Origin: Raillietiella orientalis | Taxonomy: Eukaryota | Assembly: GCA_036172245.1 (NCBI GenBank) | Contig: JAYWIR010000006.1 | Span: 5,704,001-5,768,000 of the forward strand | Direction: 5' to 3' | Length of the DNA stretch: 64,000 nt | In this document: positions 48,041 through 60,715 of the stretch, piece after piece | Position numbering within the stretch: position 1 is the stretch's first letter | Layout of the letters: every line of letters begins with the position of its first letter | The notes under the pieces: model-generated | What the model saw: the letters and a program-made list of their open reading frames with translations, nothing else | What the model was told of the DNA's origin: nothing | Database searches by the model: none | Position numbers and translations under genes: made by a program

Positions 48041-50311
48041 CACGCCTGCGTCGGAGAAACGAAACTTTATTATATCCTAAATGCTTGGCATTCTTAAATG
48101 CATAAAGCACGAGTTGGAATTCAATCATTCTTATATATTGTGTAACTATAGCAATAGATAAAGCAATTCGCTAGTATAAAAAGATTAAAAATTCTATTTG
48201 AATTACGAAAGAAAAAAGATAATTTTTATTTGTAGTGTTGATTCTCTTATTTTCCTAGAGATTTTAAAGCATACGTATGAATTCTATATTTTCTAAGCTG
48301 ACCACCATTCTGTTTTTTTGCAAATAGTGCACACTGGATGCACTTCGTATTCGGAAGAAGCGTAGAATAAAAAAAATTTCCACTTACCGAAACATGTCAT
48401 TGCAAAGATTCCGCTATTCATTCATTTCTCCTAATTCCTCTTCCACAATCTGGGAAAAACAGTAATGTAATGAAATTACGAGAAAAATTAAATTGCTTAA
48501 TCAAGGAATATTTGGTGTCTTATTTGCAGGATGGTACTCGTTATGCATTCTATACTCAATCGAATATTAATTCCATTTTGCAACAGCTAAACATAAAATA
48601 TGTAGCAATTATTTGCATCGTAAGCATAATAACATTATTTCTTTAATCTTTTCCATTAATCACAATAGTCTCATCTTAAAGATCTTCAAATTCCTTACAT
48701 GAAAACACAAAAAAAATCTCCCTCCAATTCATCATTTTGTATTGTTATTATACCGCTTTCGGATGAATACTCGAAACATAATTCATTATGCTGCTCCCAA
48801 TGATTCGTAGTGCGAAGCTTAAAGTTGCTTTTGTTTTGTTTCCTTTTAATTAATGAAAGCAAACTTGAATAGAAGATACGAATTATGTATATAAAATAGA
48901 GCTCAAAACACTCCAGATGATATAAAACAATAGCAGGAATGCAATCTTTCTATTTTATGAAAAAATCCTTGGTATTGTCACCCGAGATTCCTTCAGCCCA
49001 ATTGTAATTTTATATAAGTTCGATATTGAAACTATAGATAACAATGACTCATCTCAAAGGGAAAAAAAGGAAAAGCACTTGCATGCATTTGATAGACCAT
49101 TAAAATTTGCAATTGCTTTCTGTGTTTATTCTTTCCGCAACAAAACTGAGCAATCATAGCACACAAGATTTTCAAATTAATGTGTAGTATGTATATGAAT
49201 TCATTTTTTGGAATACAATCCATTTTAGTTTAGTATAAGGATTGATGTACTCTTACTATATTTGTGAATTCAGTCAAGAGAACTATTTAAAGATCAAGAA
49301 TGCCCTTAAATAGTTAAGAACGCTGTAGTACTTTTGACAAAATCTTTGTAGCCATAGAATATAGACTGAAAAGTCCAGTGTTGTCTATCCTTCTTGTTCA
49401 AAGGCTTTGAAGAAATCATTGAAATCTGTGATTACATGATTAAAATAATATTTGGAGATGTTCCTGATAAGAACTATATATGATTTCTGTAATTGTCGTT
49501 TTGCTGTTGTTTAGCTTACTTTCAGTAATTGTAAACACACTAATAATCTTTTCTAATTTTCTGTATAAGAGTTAATAATTCTATGATATTGTGTTTATCA
49601 TGTTGATTGATGTAAATTCCATTTATTCCGGTAAATCTATGATGAATCCTCCAAACATATTTCATCTACTTTGATTATTCACGTTTAGACTTCGTTGTGT
49701 TGACTTTTATTTTCTAATTTGGCTTGGTAGTTCTGAAAACGCGCCTGTTTATTTCGAAGTTGTTGCCCCTGTAACCTGATTTGGAATGTGATTACATAAT
49801 AAATGTTAAAATAATGTAATGTTTGTGAACTTTAAGCTTTGATTATTCGGTTTCCCAGAAACTATATGACAACTCTGTAACTGTTCCATGACTGAGAATG
49901 GTTATTATATTTACGAATAAATTTTACTACCAAAGAATAGTATACGCTGCAGAGCGTCCATTGAAAAATGTGTTTCTCAGACTCATTAAGAGGTGAAAAC
50001 TTACGTACTCAGAATAGTTGCTAGTTTCATTTGTGAACGGGTGTTGCATTCATTAACAAGGAGATGCTTTTTATTTCTATTATTCAAGATGTGTGTATGT
50101 ACTGTAAAGAAGTGTGATGTGCTAATTTTGAAGAAAACAAGTTCGAGATCAAGCTATTCAGAAAATGGAAAAAAAGCTTTTGATTGTGAAAATGTGATGG
50201 ATGGCACATGTTTCCAAGAATCGGATAGACATATTAAGTTTGCTTATGAAACTTTTTGAAAGTATATGTCAAGTATTGATTATTGATGGAGGTGGTTCAT
50301 AATAACAAGCA

Positions 50312-53112
50312 ATGGAACATAATGATTTCAGACTGGAAAAAAAGAAAGAACTTAGCCAAATTCACGTAGAAGGAAACGAGTTTTATTTCGAAGATTTAAA
50401 TGAAGATTCGATTTCCAAGTTAGGAAGTGCATTTGTGATAGGAAATAATGAGAAAAGTGACTCCATATTTATGGATAATGATTTCACTGATTCTCAAGAT
50501 GTTCACAGTCAGATGATGTGCCTCAAAAAATATCAAGATGTAATGCTTACAGGAGACATTTCTCAATCATCAAGTAAATGTTTTGAAACTTCAAATCAAT
50601 TAAGTCTTGATGAAGACCTCAATGGGAACAGCAATTCCCAATTTGGTGATCATAGTAACAAAGTTGATTTGTTTGAGAATTTGGCATCTCATAATGTTGA
50701 GATGCATGAGAGTGTTGACAATGAGCTTAGAAGTATTGCTTCTGACATATCTGATAAATCTTTAACATTGGAAGTTTCACCAGCAAGAAAAAATGACAAT
50801 AATAAAACTAAAACTGATAAAAGCACAATGAGAAATTTTGTGTTTACTGTAAAGAACCTTCATTCTGCAGGGAGTATTGATAAAATGGACAATGCATCAA
50901 TAATCTCTGGATCATTGGAATCAAAAGCAAATCCTATGTCAAAAACAAATGTTAGGACACGATCCAATCAGGTATTTTTTCCGTTTTAACATTTCATGTT
51001 TAAACTTGCAGTGTATTTGAATGCATTTTACCATAGTGCATCTTTAATTTTGTTATTTTTGGATTCAAAAAAGCTACAATTGAAAAAAGCACAGTTTCAA
51101 GCTTAGTTTCCTTGTTAGTACATTTGGTGATTGCAATTACTGAAAACCATTCTTAGAATTTCTAACTTTGTAATTGCAATGTTTAGGTTAATAGAATTCT
51201 TTTAATGGCAAACAATTTGACAAATTCACAGCACTTTGACATGGTTTATGTACAACCTCAGTCACTAAGCACAGTTCAGACAATTGCATCGGATACTGTG
51301 CCACTCGGATCTTCCAAACTGAGTTCACCTTTTAGCAAGAAAGGAGTCTCATCCGTCTTAAATCAGCAGAAGTTTTTATCCGTGAATTCATCAGTAAAAC
51401 TTAATGTTACTCCTGCCACGGTGAGTGCCAAGAAATAATTGAATAAAAAAATTGTTTTGCATGCATAATGATTATGAATCCACTTTGCATCTATGCATCT
51501 ATCATTACTACATTTCTAAATGAACAACTGCTTTTATAGGCAGTTGTTTATTTAGAAATGTAGTAATGAACATACAAAATGCACATGCTTAATGCACTTA
51601 TTTTCCAAGTCTTCAAAAAGTGGCGTTTCTTCCTTGATGCCTTGCCGTATTGTTACTTCATTGCCTAATACTGGCTCCCAGGGTAGTCCCAAACTGGTGG
51701 GCGCACCCAACAGTTCTTCTAGCTCCAAGCAGTTTATACTGAAGCCACTTTCCCAGGCACCAACAGTAAGCAATAAGTGCAGCCAGTAATGCTCATCAGT
51801 ATACTTTGCATTTTGCAGACAGTCAAGATATTGACACCAGTAAATACGGTAGCAAATAAAGTTCTTGCTGTACAGCAACCAGGCTCCAGCAGTAAGGTAA
51901 TTGTTGATAAATTTCAGGTTCCTTTTATGACTTGTTGCTTTCCAGTATGTGATTACCCACCAGAGTTCTGGTGGCATGCTTACCTTAGATGGAAAACTTC
52001 TCAATCAAGTTGTACAAGTGAAACCCGTGGTGGTGAAACCTAAGCCTATTGCACCAGCTCCACCTCGTGATTCCAGAAACACAGTCCCTCTGTTTTCATC
52101 GTCTCAGGTTTGGCTGGCAATTACTGTAAGGATTTTTTTCTATTAGCCTGGTGCATCTAGAAGTTACTGTTGCCTTCCCAGTCTTTGTTGAATCCAGGAA
52201 ATGTTTTTATGGTGCCTTGTTTGTCCACTGTAAGCATGATATCCTATGAAAGTGATTAAAATGCATGTTCAGGGAGCTGTACCACTGGAAGGAGAGCTAC
52301 CTGCTCCCCAGACATCCTGTCTGCCTACAGATTGCAAGCCTTCCAAAGGATCAGCACTGAGATCCAGCAAACCGTGCAACTGTGCCAAATCTCAGTGTCT
52401 GAAAATGTAAGCTATGAAAGTGAAGTGCCATCCTCATCTCAAATCCACCAGGTACTGTGAATGTTTTGCCAAGGGCCAGTTCTGCAATAACTGCAATTGC
52501 AATAATTGCCTAAATAATATGGCAAATGAAGAGGATCGTCAGAGAGCTATCCGCCAGTGCCTAGAAAGGGACAGAAATGCCTTCAAACCAAAGATTGGGA
52601 AGGGCGAAGGGGAAACAGGACCAGAGAGGCGGCATACAAAAGGTTGCAATTGCCGCAGGTCTGGTTGTTCCAAAAACTATTGTGAGTGCTATGAGGCACG
52701 CATCCCTTGTTCTGGCCGTTGTCGTTGCACTGGTTGTAAGAATTGCATAATGCCTTCGGGCCTGATGCAGTTGGCTGATGCTGCAGAAGCTTGTGGTACT
52801 CCCACTCCCTCTGGTTTAATAGATGGCAACTCCTGGCAAGAAGCTGCATTTCCTATTACAGAGACTGCTCTCAGTGCACCATCACCCATATCTGTTGCAC
52901 CGTTTCGGCTATTGACTCGTGAAGTTATTGAAGCTACATGTAGCTGTCTCATTTCCCGTGCCCAGTCTGTAGATCATACAGACTCTGACCAGGTGGAAAG
53001 AGCAATTTTAGAGGAATTTGGGCTCTGTCTGCGCAAAATTATCCAAACAGGAGGTCGGGCCACATTCCAGTCAACCTCTGTTGTGTCCAGTTTTAACTCT
53101 GATATATCCTAG
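50312..53112 (+). CDS. lin-54: Lin-54/tesmin (mip120) CXC-domain DREAM complex subunit (multi-exon; 5' start approximate)
   Basis: KPCNCAKSQCLKM|YCECFAKGQFCNNCNC...AFKPKIG...RHTKGCNCRRSGCSKNYCECYEA, and C-terminal TREVIEATCSCL...ILEEFGLCLRKII. Upstream low-complexity S/P-rich exons have GT-AG ends. Confidence 0.93.
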
Positions 53113-53539
53113 TCATGTATGTAGTGATACAGATGTTTTATTTCTAGTTTGAAAATCGCGTTTGGAATACTTTTTAAAGAGAATTGCTAAGAAAAGGGAT
53201 TCTTGGCATTGCTAACCTTTTACTTTTCTTTATATGACCTTGTTTTTATATGCATCAGGTGCATGTGATTTGATAACTATCATTTTTACTGATTTCCCTA
53301 TCATAATAGTAGATAATCGAACTAATGGTATCATTTTGACTTTTGAGACCAAAATTGAATAAGAATTCATTACCTAGATGTTTCATTTGCCTGTGAATTT
53401 CTTTCTTGAATGTTTTTGAATTCTATGTAACGGTATATTTTATTTTAGCTTTAAGTGTTTAGTCTAAGTTGTCTGACTACAAATTCAAAGTACTATTTAT
53501 ATAAATTAAATAAATTATATAAAATTGTGTTTTTCTGGT

Positions 53540-54070
53540 TTTGTCAAATGGCTGGCCAGGGATGCCACACGCCATTGATATGCATCAGTATGCATGCAGC
53601 ACTAAACGTTCATCCAACAAACTGGGCTTCACCCTTTTCTAATGTGGTGGTCTTAGGTAGATCGCCCCTCATTGGTACGCGGATGTACATTTACAAGAGA
53701 TTCCTGTTTATTTCGTTCCACTGGAGATGGACTTTGGTGCATGAGGCTACTGCACTTGTTACTTGGGAGCATCTTGTACATAGCACTCAAGATACACGTC
53801 CGTGTCCCTGTGTCAAATTTCATTGTCGAGTTTCATTGGTTTTTGTGAAAGCTGCAAACAAGATCCGGAAGCTTGCATCTTGCTTTTATGCCATCAAGGA
53901 GACATGCGCAAAAAAGGCATCATCTGTCGGCACCTCACACAGGCCCTTTTGACATCTTACCGGAGGGCTACGCGCGTCAACTCTGCCTTGGTACATTTCA
54001 AAATGTCAGATTTTGGGGTGGTGGCACATCTCTTCGGGAGCCTCGGACGTTCCCAAGACTAGCCGTCTTT
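53540..54070 (-). pseudogene. USP-like relic
   Basis: SLGNV, MCHHP, KQDASF, LCTRCSQVTSA, DLPKTTTL, CILMH/NGVW. Confidence 0.55.
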
Positions 54071-54319
54071 TTCAGCAGCTTGCGCTGAGTACGATGCGTC
54101 CCGAAGGAAGCAAGTTGCTGATGCTGCGGTTTTCCTCGTCCGCGGGATGAAAGTGCCAGGTCGTTTTCCTTCTTCCACGGCAGACCTGCAGTACTCGGTA
54201 TGCGACGTTCCATTTCCCTTCCGCGAATCCGTGCTGCTTTGTCATTCGAAGGCCAGAAGAAAAAGAAGTGGGGGGGGGGGGGGGAAACATTACATTGCAT
54301 CCACTTTTTTTGCCCCCAC

Positions 54320-54940
54320 TCTCAAGACACGACTCATTTGACGCAGCTCGTGATGCACAGGTGGATTGCAACTTGGCCATTTACGCGTGGTGCTGCCTAG
54401 TCAGCACGTCACACAAAAATTCCAACGTGGTTTCGGTACATATGTTTCGGTGCAGCTTCCGATGCCTTCTCGCCGCCTTAGTATGCACCTCGAGACTTAG
54501 GCACTGCTACTGTGTGAGTCACTGGTAGTCAATCACATTCTGCTCGAAAATCCTAAACTTGCAGATGACGCAATTAACACTCCGCACACAACCAGATTCG
54601 CTTGAAATTTTCCTGTAGGAACGTCCCTTTTGTTTGTTTTCTAAAGGAAAAAAGAAAAAAGGAAGACAAAGCGCAGTGTCGAAGATTTCCGAAGAGAGGG
54701 ATCTCGGTATTAGCTCGGAAGCTTCCCAGAAAGGATCTTTGAAACTATCCAAGGTTGCTCCTCCTATTGCGTTTGCTCGTTACGGACTCCCCCCCCCTCC
54801 CCCATATTTCTTGCAAACTTCCTTTTTTATTTTGACCAATCACCTTGCATTTATTCCTCCTCGGTACGTGTCACAAGCGTACACCTCAGACTACTTCCTA
54901 TTTCCTTGTTCCGAGGGCTCCCACAGGCCTTGCCGGCAGG
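54320..54940 (-). pseudogene. Weak USP-like relic
   Basis: WEASELI, GCVRSVNCVIC, KLQST/VHH. Confidence 0.35.
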
Positions 54941-55179
54941 CTGCACATAACGAAGACTGTACGACCGAGAGATCTGCCGTTTCCTGGCAGGAATAAGAGG
55001 GAATGGCTTTCCGTTGCGGCGATTTACAATTGCAATACGGAGACAAAACTAAAGAAAAACGCTAAAACACACCGAGATACGGATATTCTCCATTTCATGT
55101 CATGCTAAACATCATCCCAATCAGGTCCCCTGAAAAAAAAAAAAAAAAAAAAAAGGGAATCTTGAAGACGAAAGTTTTC

Positions 55180-55845
55180 GGAAACCTTTGGGCACGAAAA
55201 CCGTTGACTACCTGATTCTGTGGCTGTTTGCCAAGCTGTGCTTAACACCCTCATTTTGAAACGTTTGCTCCGATTTCCGCGCAACCACCGAAAGGTTTAG
55301 GACAGATCTGTTCCGCTGAGGAAAAGTGAGGAAAGGGGAAATGACGCAGCGGCCGCACCGAACGACTCCTGGGGAAGGTGCAACGTGTTGGAGCACTTGA
55401 AACGATGTCTTCCGAAGTCACTCTTGCAAGCTCGCCTCCTCTGTTTACAGCTTGCTGTGCTTGTTGACCTTTCCTGGCACACAAAATGCAAAACCGTCGA
55501 TTAAAATGCTTTTGTGTTTCGCATTAGTGCTGCTGTTTGACTGCCAAGAACGGACGAGTCTCCTCTTGGTCCTCTCCTTGCGGTTTGATCTGAGTTTTGC
55601 AACGTTTTATTAGATAAGCACCTGGAAGGTGCTTAATGGATCAACAAACTGCTTCTGCATGCATGTGGCTCTTTGACATCCACCGTTTGCGACTCTCGGG
55701 AATTCTTTTACGCTTTCCAGAACATGCAGCCACTGAATTAGGCGCGTAAAAAACATCGGTGTCCTTCCTGTCCTTCGACCACTTCTCCCATCGCAAGGGA
55801 TGCATCGCTGTCACATCTTGAGAGTGCTGCTTTTTGCGCGTATTA
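55180..55845 (+). pseudogene. USP-like relic
   Basis: ENR(C)YL..VCQAVL, NDAA, RLLCLQ, FDCQE, IR*AP/KVL, LRLSGILL, SH*. Confidence 0.55.
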
Positions 55846-55899
55846 AAGCTTCCAACGAGCCTCAGCACCGTCAGAAGAACCGGTGTGCCTTTTCCTTGT

Positions 55900-56570
55900 C
55901 CCTTCAAATCTATTCCGAAACAAATGTGTCGGCAAATGCCCTCTGGTGCGGCTTACTTCGGAATCCTGTGAAGTGATAACAAATTCCAACTCTATTCACA
56001 TTTCTGATTTAGAGATAAGGGGTTCTTTCGGGGAAGGAGAAACGCAGATACATTTTGAAACCAATGAGCGAACGGATAGCTTGTCAGGATCCAACATCAT
56101 TAAATTCAGACTGCTCCTTCAATGAACTCGATGATCCATGCCCTCTAGACTCCGGAACTGATATCATTCAGTTATCTTGCGTTCCGTTTGCTAGAAACTT
56201 TCGAAAGCGACCGAATGCAACCTTCTGATGATTTTCCCTTCCATCATCCCACACACTTCTTATCCGACGGCATCCCTCGATCACATCCTCCTTTGACAGA
56301 GAATGTTCTGCTACCGCCTCTCCGAATAAACCTAAATCTGCTGCTTGGTTCAAGTAGGAAATTTCACGTTCTTCCTTCTTTTCTCGTTGTTTTCACAAAA
56401 ACAACAACGCCAAAAAAAAAAAAGAACGATTTGGTTCGGTGCGTTTTTGATATATTTTGCCTTCAGATTCGACCGACCGCATGCGAAACGTAAACACAGA
56501 GCACCAAAGATGGTCGTGTGAAGCAGTTGCAAGATCTCGGATTTTAATCTCCGTTGCTCCTGAAAGCTGC
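55900..56570 (-). pseudogene. USP-like relic
   Basis: EILQLL, KEDVIE, KKCVG*, IELEFVITSQDSEVSRTRGHL (His box). Confidence 0.55.
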
Positions 56571-56638
56571 GAATGCAAATCACCTTTGTGTTTTTCTCAG
56601 TGTCCCTCTTTTCCTAGGAGGTCAAAGGAGTGAGGCAA

Positions 56639-57098
56639 GCGGCCGTCGTGGTCGCGCGCAGGCCGTCCCGCCGTTCGCACCGTCTTCAGCAGCACCAGCA
56701 GCCCGGGAAGGAAGGACGCGAGGAGGGAACGGCTAAGCGTGCCACTCCGGCAAGGTTTCCTCTCCTCCTCCTCTTCTGCCTTTCGCCGTCCCGCACCTCT
56801 CCACAGTCCCGTGTGTAGACAACCGTGCGGCGGGAACGGGAGGAGCAAATCCCACACGGAACGGGGAGAAAAGGGGGGGGAGGGAGAAGAGAGAGAACAC
56901 ACCTGGGGGAGGGGTACTGGAGGAGGGGAAACACACACGCGAGCGCGCGCGCGTGCACACATGGGAAGGAGAGTTCGCCACACCACCGGCAAAAAGAGCT
57001 TTCTCGAAACGTCACGAGGAAGGCAGCCCGATGCAAAAACGGAGGCCGGCGCGGCATGCTCGCAACAGTGGGAGGAAGGAGAGGCCATCTTCAGCCGT
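56639..57098 (+). repeat. Left arm of a ~460-bp inverted repeat (pairs with 59859-60321)
   Basis: Direct reverse-complement comparison; appears identical over about 56643-57011, then diverges inward. Confidence 0.95.
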
Positions 57099-58640
57099 TC
57101 GCACCGACAGGTGGTCAACGCCATCCTCAACCCGCCTAGCAGTACAGCTTTCCTGCTTCCATGGAGAAGGGCTTTCTTTAAGTCCAGCTCGAGAAGGAAG
57201 GCGGTGAGATCTGGTGCGCCGCGTGGCACCCGTTGCTTGTCGAAGAGCTCTTCCTCGAAGACCACGCCGGAGAGGAAGGAAATGCCACCCCTGTGACAGG
57301 AAGTTCTCGGAAACCTCGCGTGCGAATCCAGCTCCTTCCACCTTCCCCGCGCGCGCAATTGCAAGATTCTTGCAGGAACCCCCTCGCAAGAGCTGCGACG
57401 CAAGGATCAGAGGTCCAGGGGCACTGGGGAACCGAAGGCCGCTCGAAACAGTTCTTTGCACTCCTCCCTAACTCTGAAATAAAAAAAAAAAAAAAAAAAA
57501 AGGACAGCGACGGGGCAAAAAAGCGACGTCACGATCGCTTCCAAGTCCTCCCCTTCAAGCCATGAAAAGAGGAAGGAAGATGGCAGCTACCAGAGCCGGC
57601 GCTTCCATCGCCGAGCCGTGGGGCCGGATCGGATTTCCTACCTCGATCGTTTCCTGAGCAGCAGCGTTCGGTGTGGGTATCCACACGGGAGCTCCCCCTC
57701 GTCTCTAGCTCATCGCCGGCGTGGGGACGATTAGCAAACCTGGCAGGTAGGAGGGAGCCCCGTGCCCTGGTCCTGTTTCACAAAGACGGACACTGAGGTC
57801 GCACGCCCCACGCATCCGTGATGCCAGCAGCGCGGAGCGCGACGCAATTAGTCATGCTTTCTTCCCTCCCCCCCCCCGTTGGTTCCTCCCTGTTCGGCCG
57901 GCGGAAGTGCAGCGCTCTCTTCGCAAGACGGCAGGCTGCCGTCTTCTCGCTTCCGCTCTCTCCCGCCGTCCTCGATCTGGCGCAGCGCGCAGCACTTCCT
58001 CGCGGACGGCGGCGGGCGAAAGTGAAAGTGCGCGCGGAGTACCTGCCCCTTGCGGCGGCGCGTCTCTTTGATGCCAGCATGTGGGAGCTGCTGCTACGAT
58101 AGCGCTGAGCAGCTGGAAGTGTGGCGGAGGGGAAGAATCGGCTGCATGGCGGACGAACGAACTCTCGGTGAGGCCGACCGAGGACTCGGGTGGAAACCTC
58201 CAAAGCGACTGAGGGGCGCTGAAGAACGTGCGAATGGACTGCACGTTTTTCAGCGCCAGAGGGGGGGGGGAGGGGGGAGAAGGGACCCCGGCGGCAGCTC
58301 CGCAGGTGGAGCACGCGGATCAAGCAGTGGACGACGAGAGGCCCGGTGTGGCGGTGGCGCACGCCTCAGTTCGAAGGATAGTGGTCGAAGGCTTCTCGGG
58401 GGAGGAGGAGGTTGGGCTCCTGCGCCTCTTCCTCAGCCTATCCTACCTAGGGACCGCGCGCGCCTTCGGGAAGGTTCTCTTGCTTACCTCGAGTTCCCAG
58501 GCGGAGCAGAGGCAACAGGGAGAAGGGTTGTTCCAGCCGGTCAGCGACAAGGTTCCATGTACGACTGCACTTCGTCTGTACTGGAAAATCATCCTTTGGA
58601 CCAAATCTAAACCCAAAACGAAGACGTTGGAAAAAAAAAC
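56639..58640 (+). mobile_element. Element with 5' UTR, ORF1-like start, A/Lys-rich linker and USP-like relic (left member of an inverted pair)
   Basis: AGAACSQQWE..AIFSR; IGFPT/RFLSSSVRC (Cys box, 57630); SSLFGRRKC; SWKCG; WKPPKRL. Confidence 0.55.
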
Positions 58641-58879
58641 TTCCTTCCCTTTCCTCTTATACTTTTGCTGAGACAAGGAACTGTCAGTCGTGAGCAAGAG
58701 AAGACGAAAGACAGGGAGCTCAAAACGTGGTGAAAGTTCGCACCAGGAGGTTCGCGACGCCGAGGGGAGGAAGATGCAAAGTACGCAAAGTCTACGTAAC
58801 AGAAGTGTGTACGCAAACGAATGGAATTTCGGTCGAGGAGCAGGGAGGGAGGCAATATCGGAACCGGAAGCGAGGGAGC

Positions 58880-60321
58880 ACCTGCAAGCTGCACAGCCAC
58901 CCGTGTAGAACGGCCACCCTGCTAACACACCGGGATTGGGGGCGAGCCCTGATGAGGGGGGTGCGGAGGTCATGTCAGCTTCGAAGAACCGAAGACCTCA
59001 GGTCATGAGTGCTGGACAGGAGCGGGCTTCTCCCAGGGTCGTGCCACGTTCCATCGTTCCAGCTCCTCGGGGAACGAGAGGAGCGAGTTGAACTCCCTCC
59101 TCAGGAGGTGGGGGAAAGGCTGGAGTCGCTGCCGGGGTGCCAGGAGTTCCCCTTGGGATGGCCATCTACGTTCACACAAGCGGGCGGTGACGTCAGTCCT
59201 GGGAGGTGGAATGCGTTCGCGCGCCTCCCGCATATGGTTGCCAGGCCCACCATGGAGGGAAGGGGAGGCACAGCGACCGACAGAGCTGGGTTACACGACC
59301 TTAGGGTCGTGTGACCTGTGACACTCCACAGCTGGGAGCACTACGTAGGACGGGAGGGATCGGATCGCAACTTTCGAGAGGTCTTCTTTTTTTTTTTTTT
59401 TTTTTTTCTTCTTCCCTTCGATGCGTGGTCCAGGTTCCTTTCCTTCTTTTTCGAGGCGTCTCGATGCAGAACCACGGTGTGGTTCTGCATCTCTTGCAGC
59501 ATGGCGTCGCACCCGCGCACCACTTGCGGTGCGACATACGTCATCAAACAACAAGCAAACAAACGGCCCAAGATCTCACCTCTCCCGGGGAAACACACGT
59601 CCGGGTCGCCTCCTTCGCTGCACCACCTCTTCAGGCAGAAGGAACCCTTCCGATGGATCACGAAACGCTGAAAGCCCCGCCGCTTTCGGCCGGCAGGCAA
59701 TGCCACGATCCCTCTCGGTGTGCATGCTCAAAGGATTCTTCCAGATCGCGTGTCTGTCACGCTGGTCACGAGTCGCACATGAATTTTGCACGTGAAGCCG
59801 CTCTGCAAGTGGTCCGCACCGGCGCGCCTCCATACGCGGGCAGGGCAGTTATAAACAGACGCCTGAAAATGGCTGCTCTTCCCTACGCCCATTGTTGCGA
59901 GCATGCCGCGCCGGCCGCCATTTTTGCATCGGGCTGCCTTCCTCGTGGCGTTTCGAGAAAGCTCTTTTTGCCGGTGGTGTGGCGAACTCTCCTTCCCATG
60001 TGTGCACGCGCGCGCGCTCGCGTGTGTGTTTCCCCTCCTCCAGTACCCCTCCCCCAGGTGTGTTCTCTCTCTTCTCCCTCCCCCCCCTTTTCTCCCCGTT
60101 CCGTGTGGGATTTGCTCCTCCCGTTCCCGCCGCACGGTTGTCTACACACGGGACTGTGGAGAGGTGCGGGACGGCGAAAGGCAGAAGAGGAGGAGGAGAG
60201 GAAACCTTGCCGGAGTGGCACGCTTAGCCGTTCCCTCCTCGCGTCCTTCCTTCCCGGGCTGCTGGTGCTGCTGAAGACGGTGCGAACGGCGGGACGGCCT
60301 GCGCGCGACCACGACGGCTGC
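58880..60321 (-). mobile_element. Element with 5' UTR, ORF1-like start, A/Lys-rich linker and USP-like relic (right member of an inverted pair)
   Basis: MAAGAACSQQWA, AIFRRLFITALP, IRSLP, REARERI, QPFPHLL, LSFPEELE, RFFEAD, WPFY. Confidence 0.5.
59859..60321 (-). repeat. Right arm of a ~460-bp inverted repeat (pairs with 56639-57098)
   Basis: Translations of ORFs 56739(+) and 59883(-) are identical up to KKSFLET. Confidence 0.95.
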
Positions 60322-60715
60322 TGCATTCCCTGTACCTTTTGGACTGCCCACGGGCAGCAAAGCAAAAAAGGAAGGGCACGCGATATTGATAAGACGCTCG
60401 TGAAGAATGGGTGAAAAAGGTGAGTCGTTGCACCCCCAGAAGTTCCCCCAAACCCCTTGGATGCAGTTCCCGGAACAACAATGGGAATCTTTATTGCGTC
60501 TACAGGAAGCCTTGAACTAGTGGCGTGGCGCTCAGCCGCCGATCCGCGGGAGCCCTTCCCGGAGGAAGAGCTGGCGTCCAGGAATACGACGCGTAGGCGG
60601 GCTTTGACGAATCCGTCTCCCCAGAGGGGGAGGATAGGAAAAAGGAGGACGGACGATGGGGAAGCGCGCGAGAAGAGGCGTCTCGGCGTTGGCTGTTTCC
60701 GACAAAGAGCGTGGC

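Noticed and set aside
43200..50300. Additional genes in the AT-rich EMC1/lin-54 divergent interval
   Set aside because: Only short ORFs without recognisable motifs, apart from the LINE; small exons cannot be excluded.
59050..59340. REFNSLL as endonuclease GDFN
   Set aside because: Adjacent FPHLL and LSFPEELE fit USP P..L and FP..L motifs better.
57478..59407. A-runs at 57478-57501 (+) and 59387-59407 (-) as poly(A) tails of SINE-like elements
   Set aside because: USP motifs continue downstream of both, so they look like internal A/Lys-rich linker expansions.
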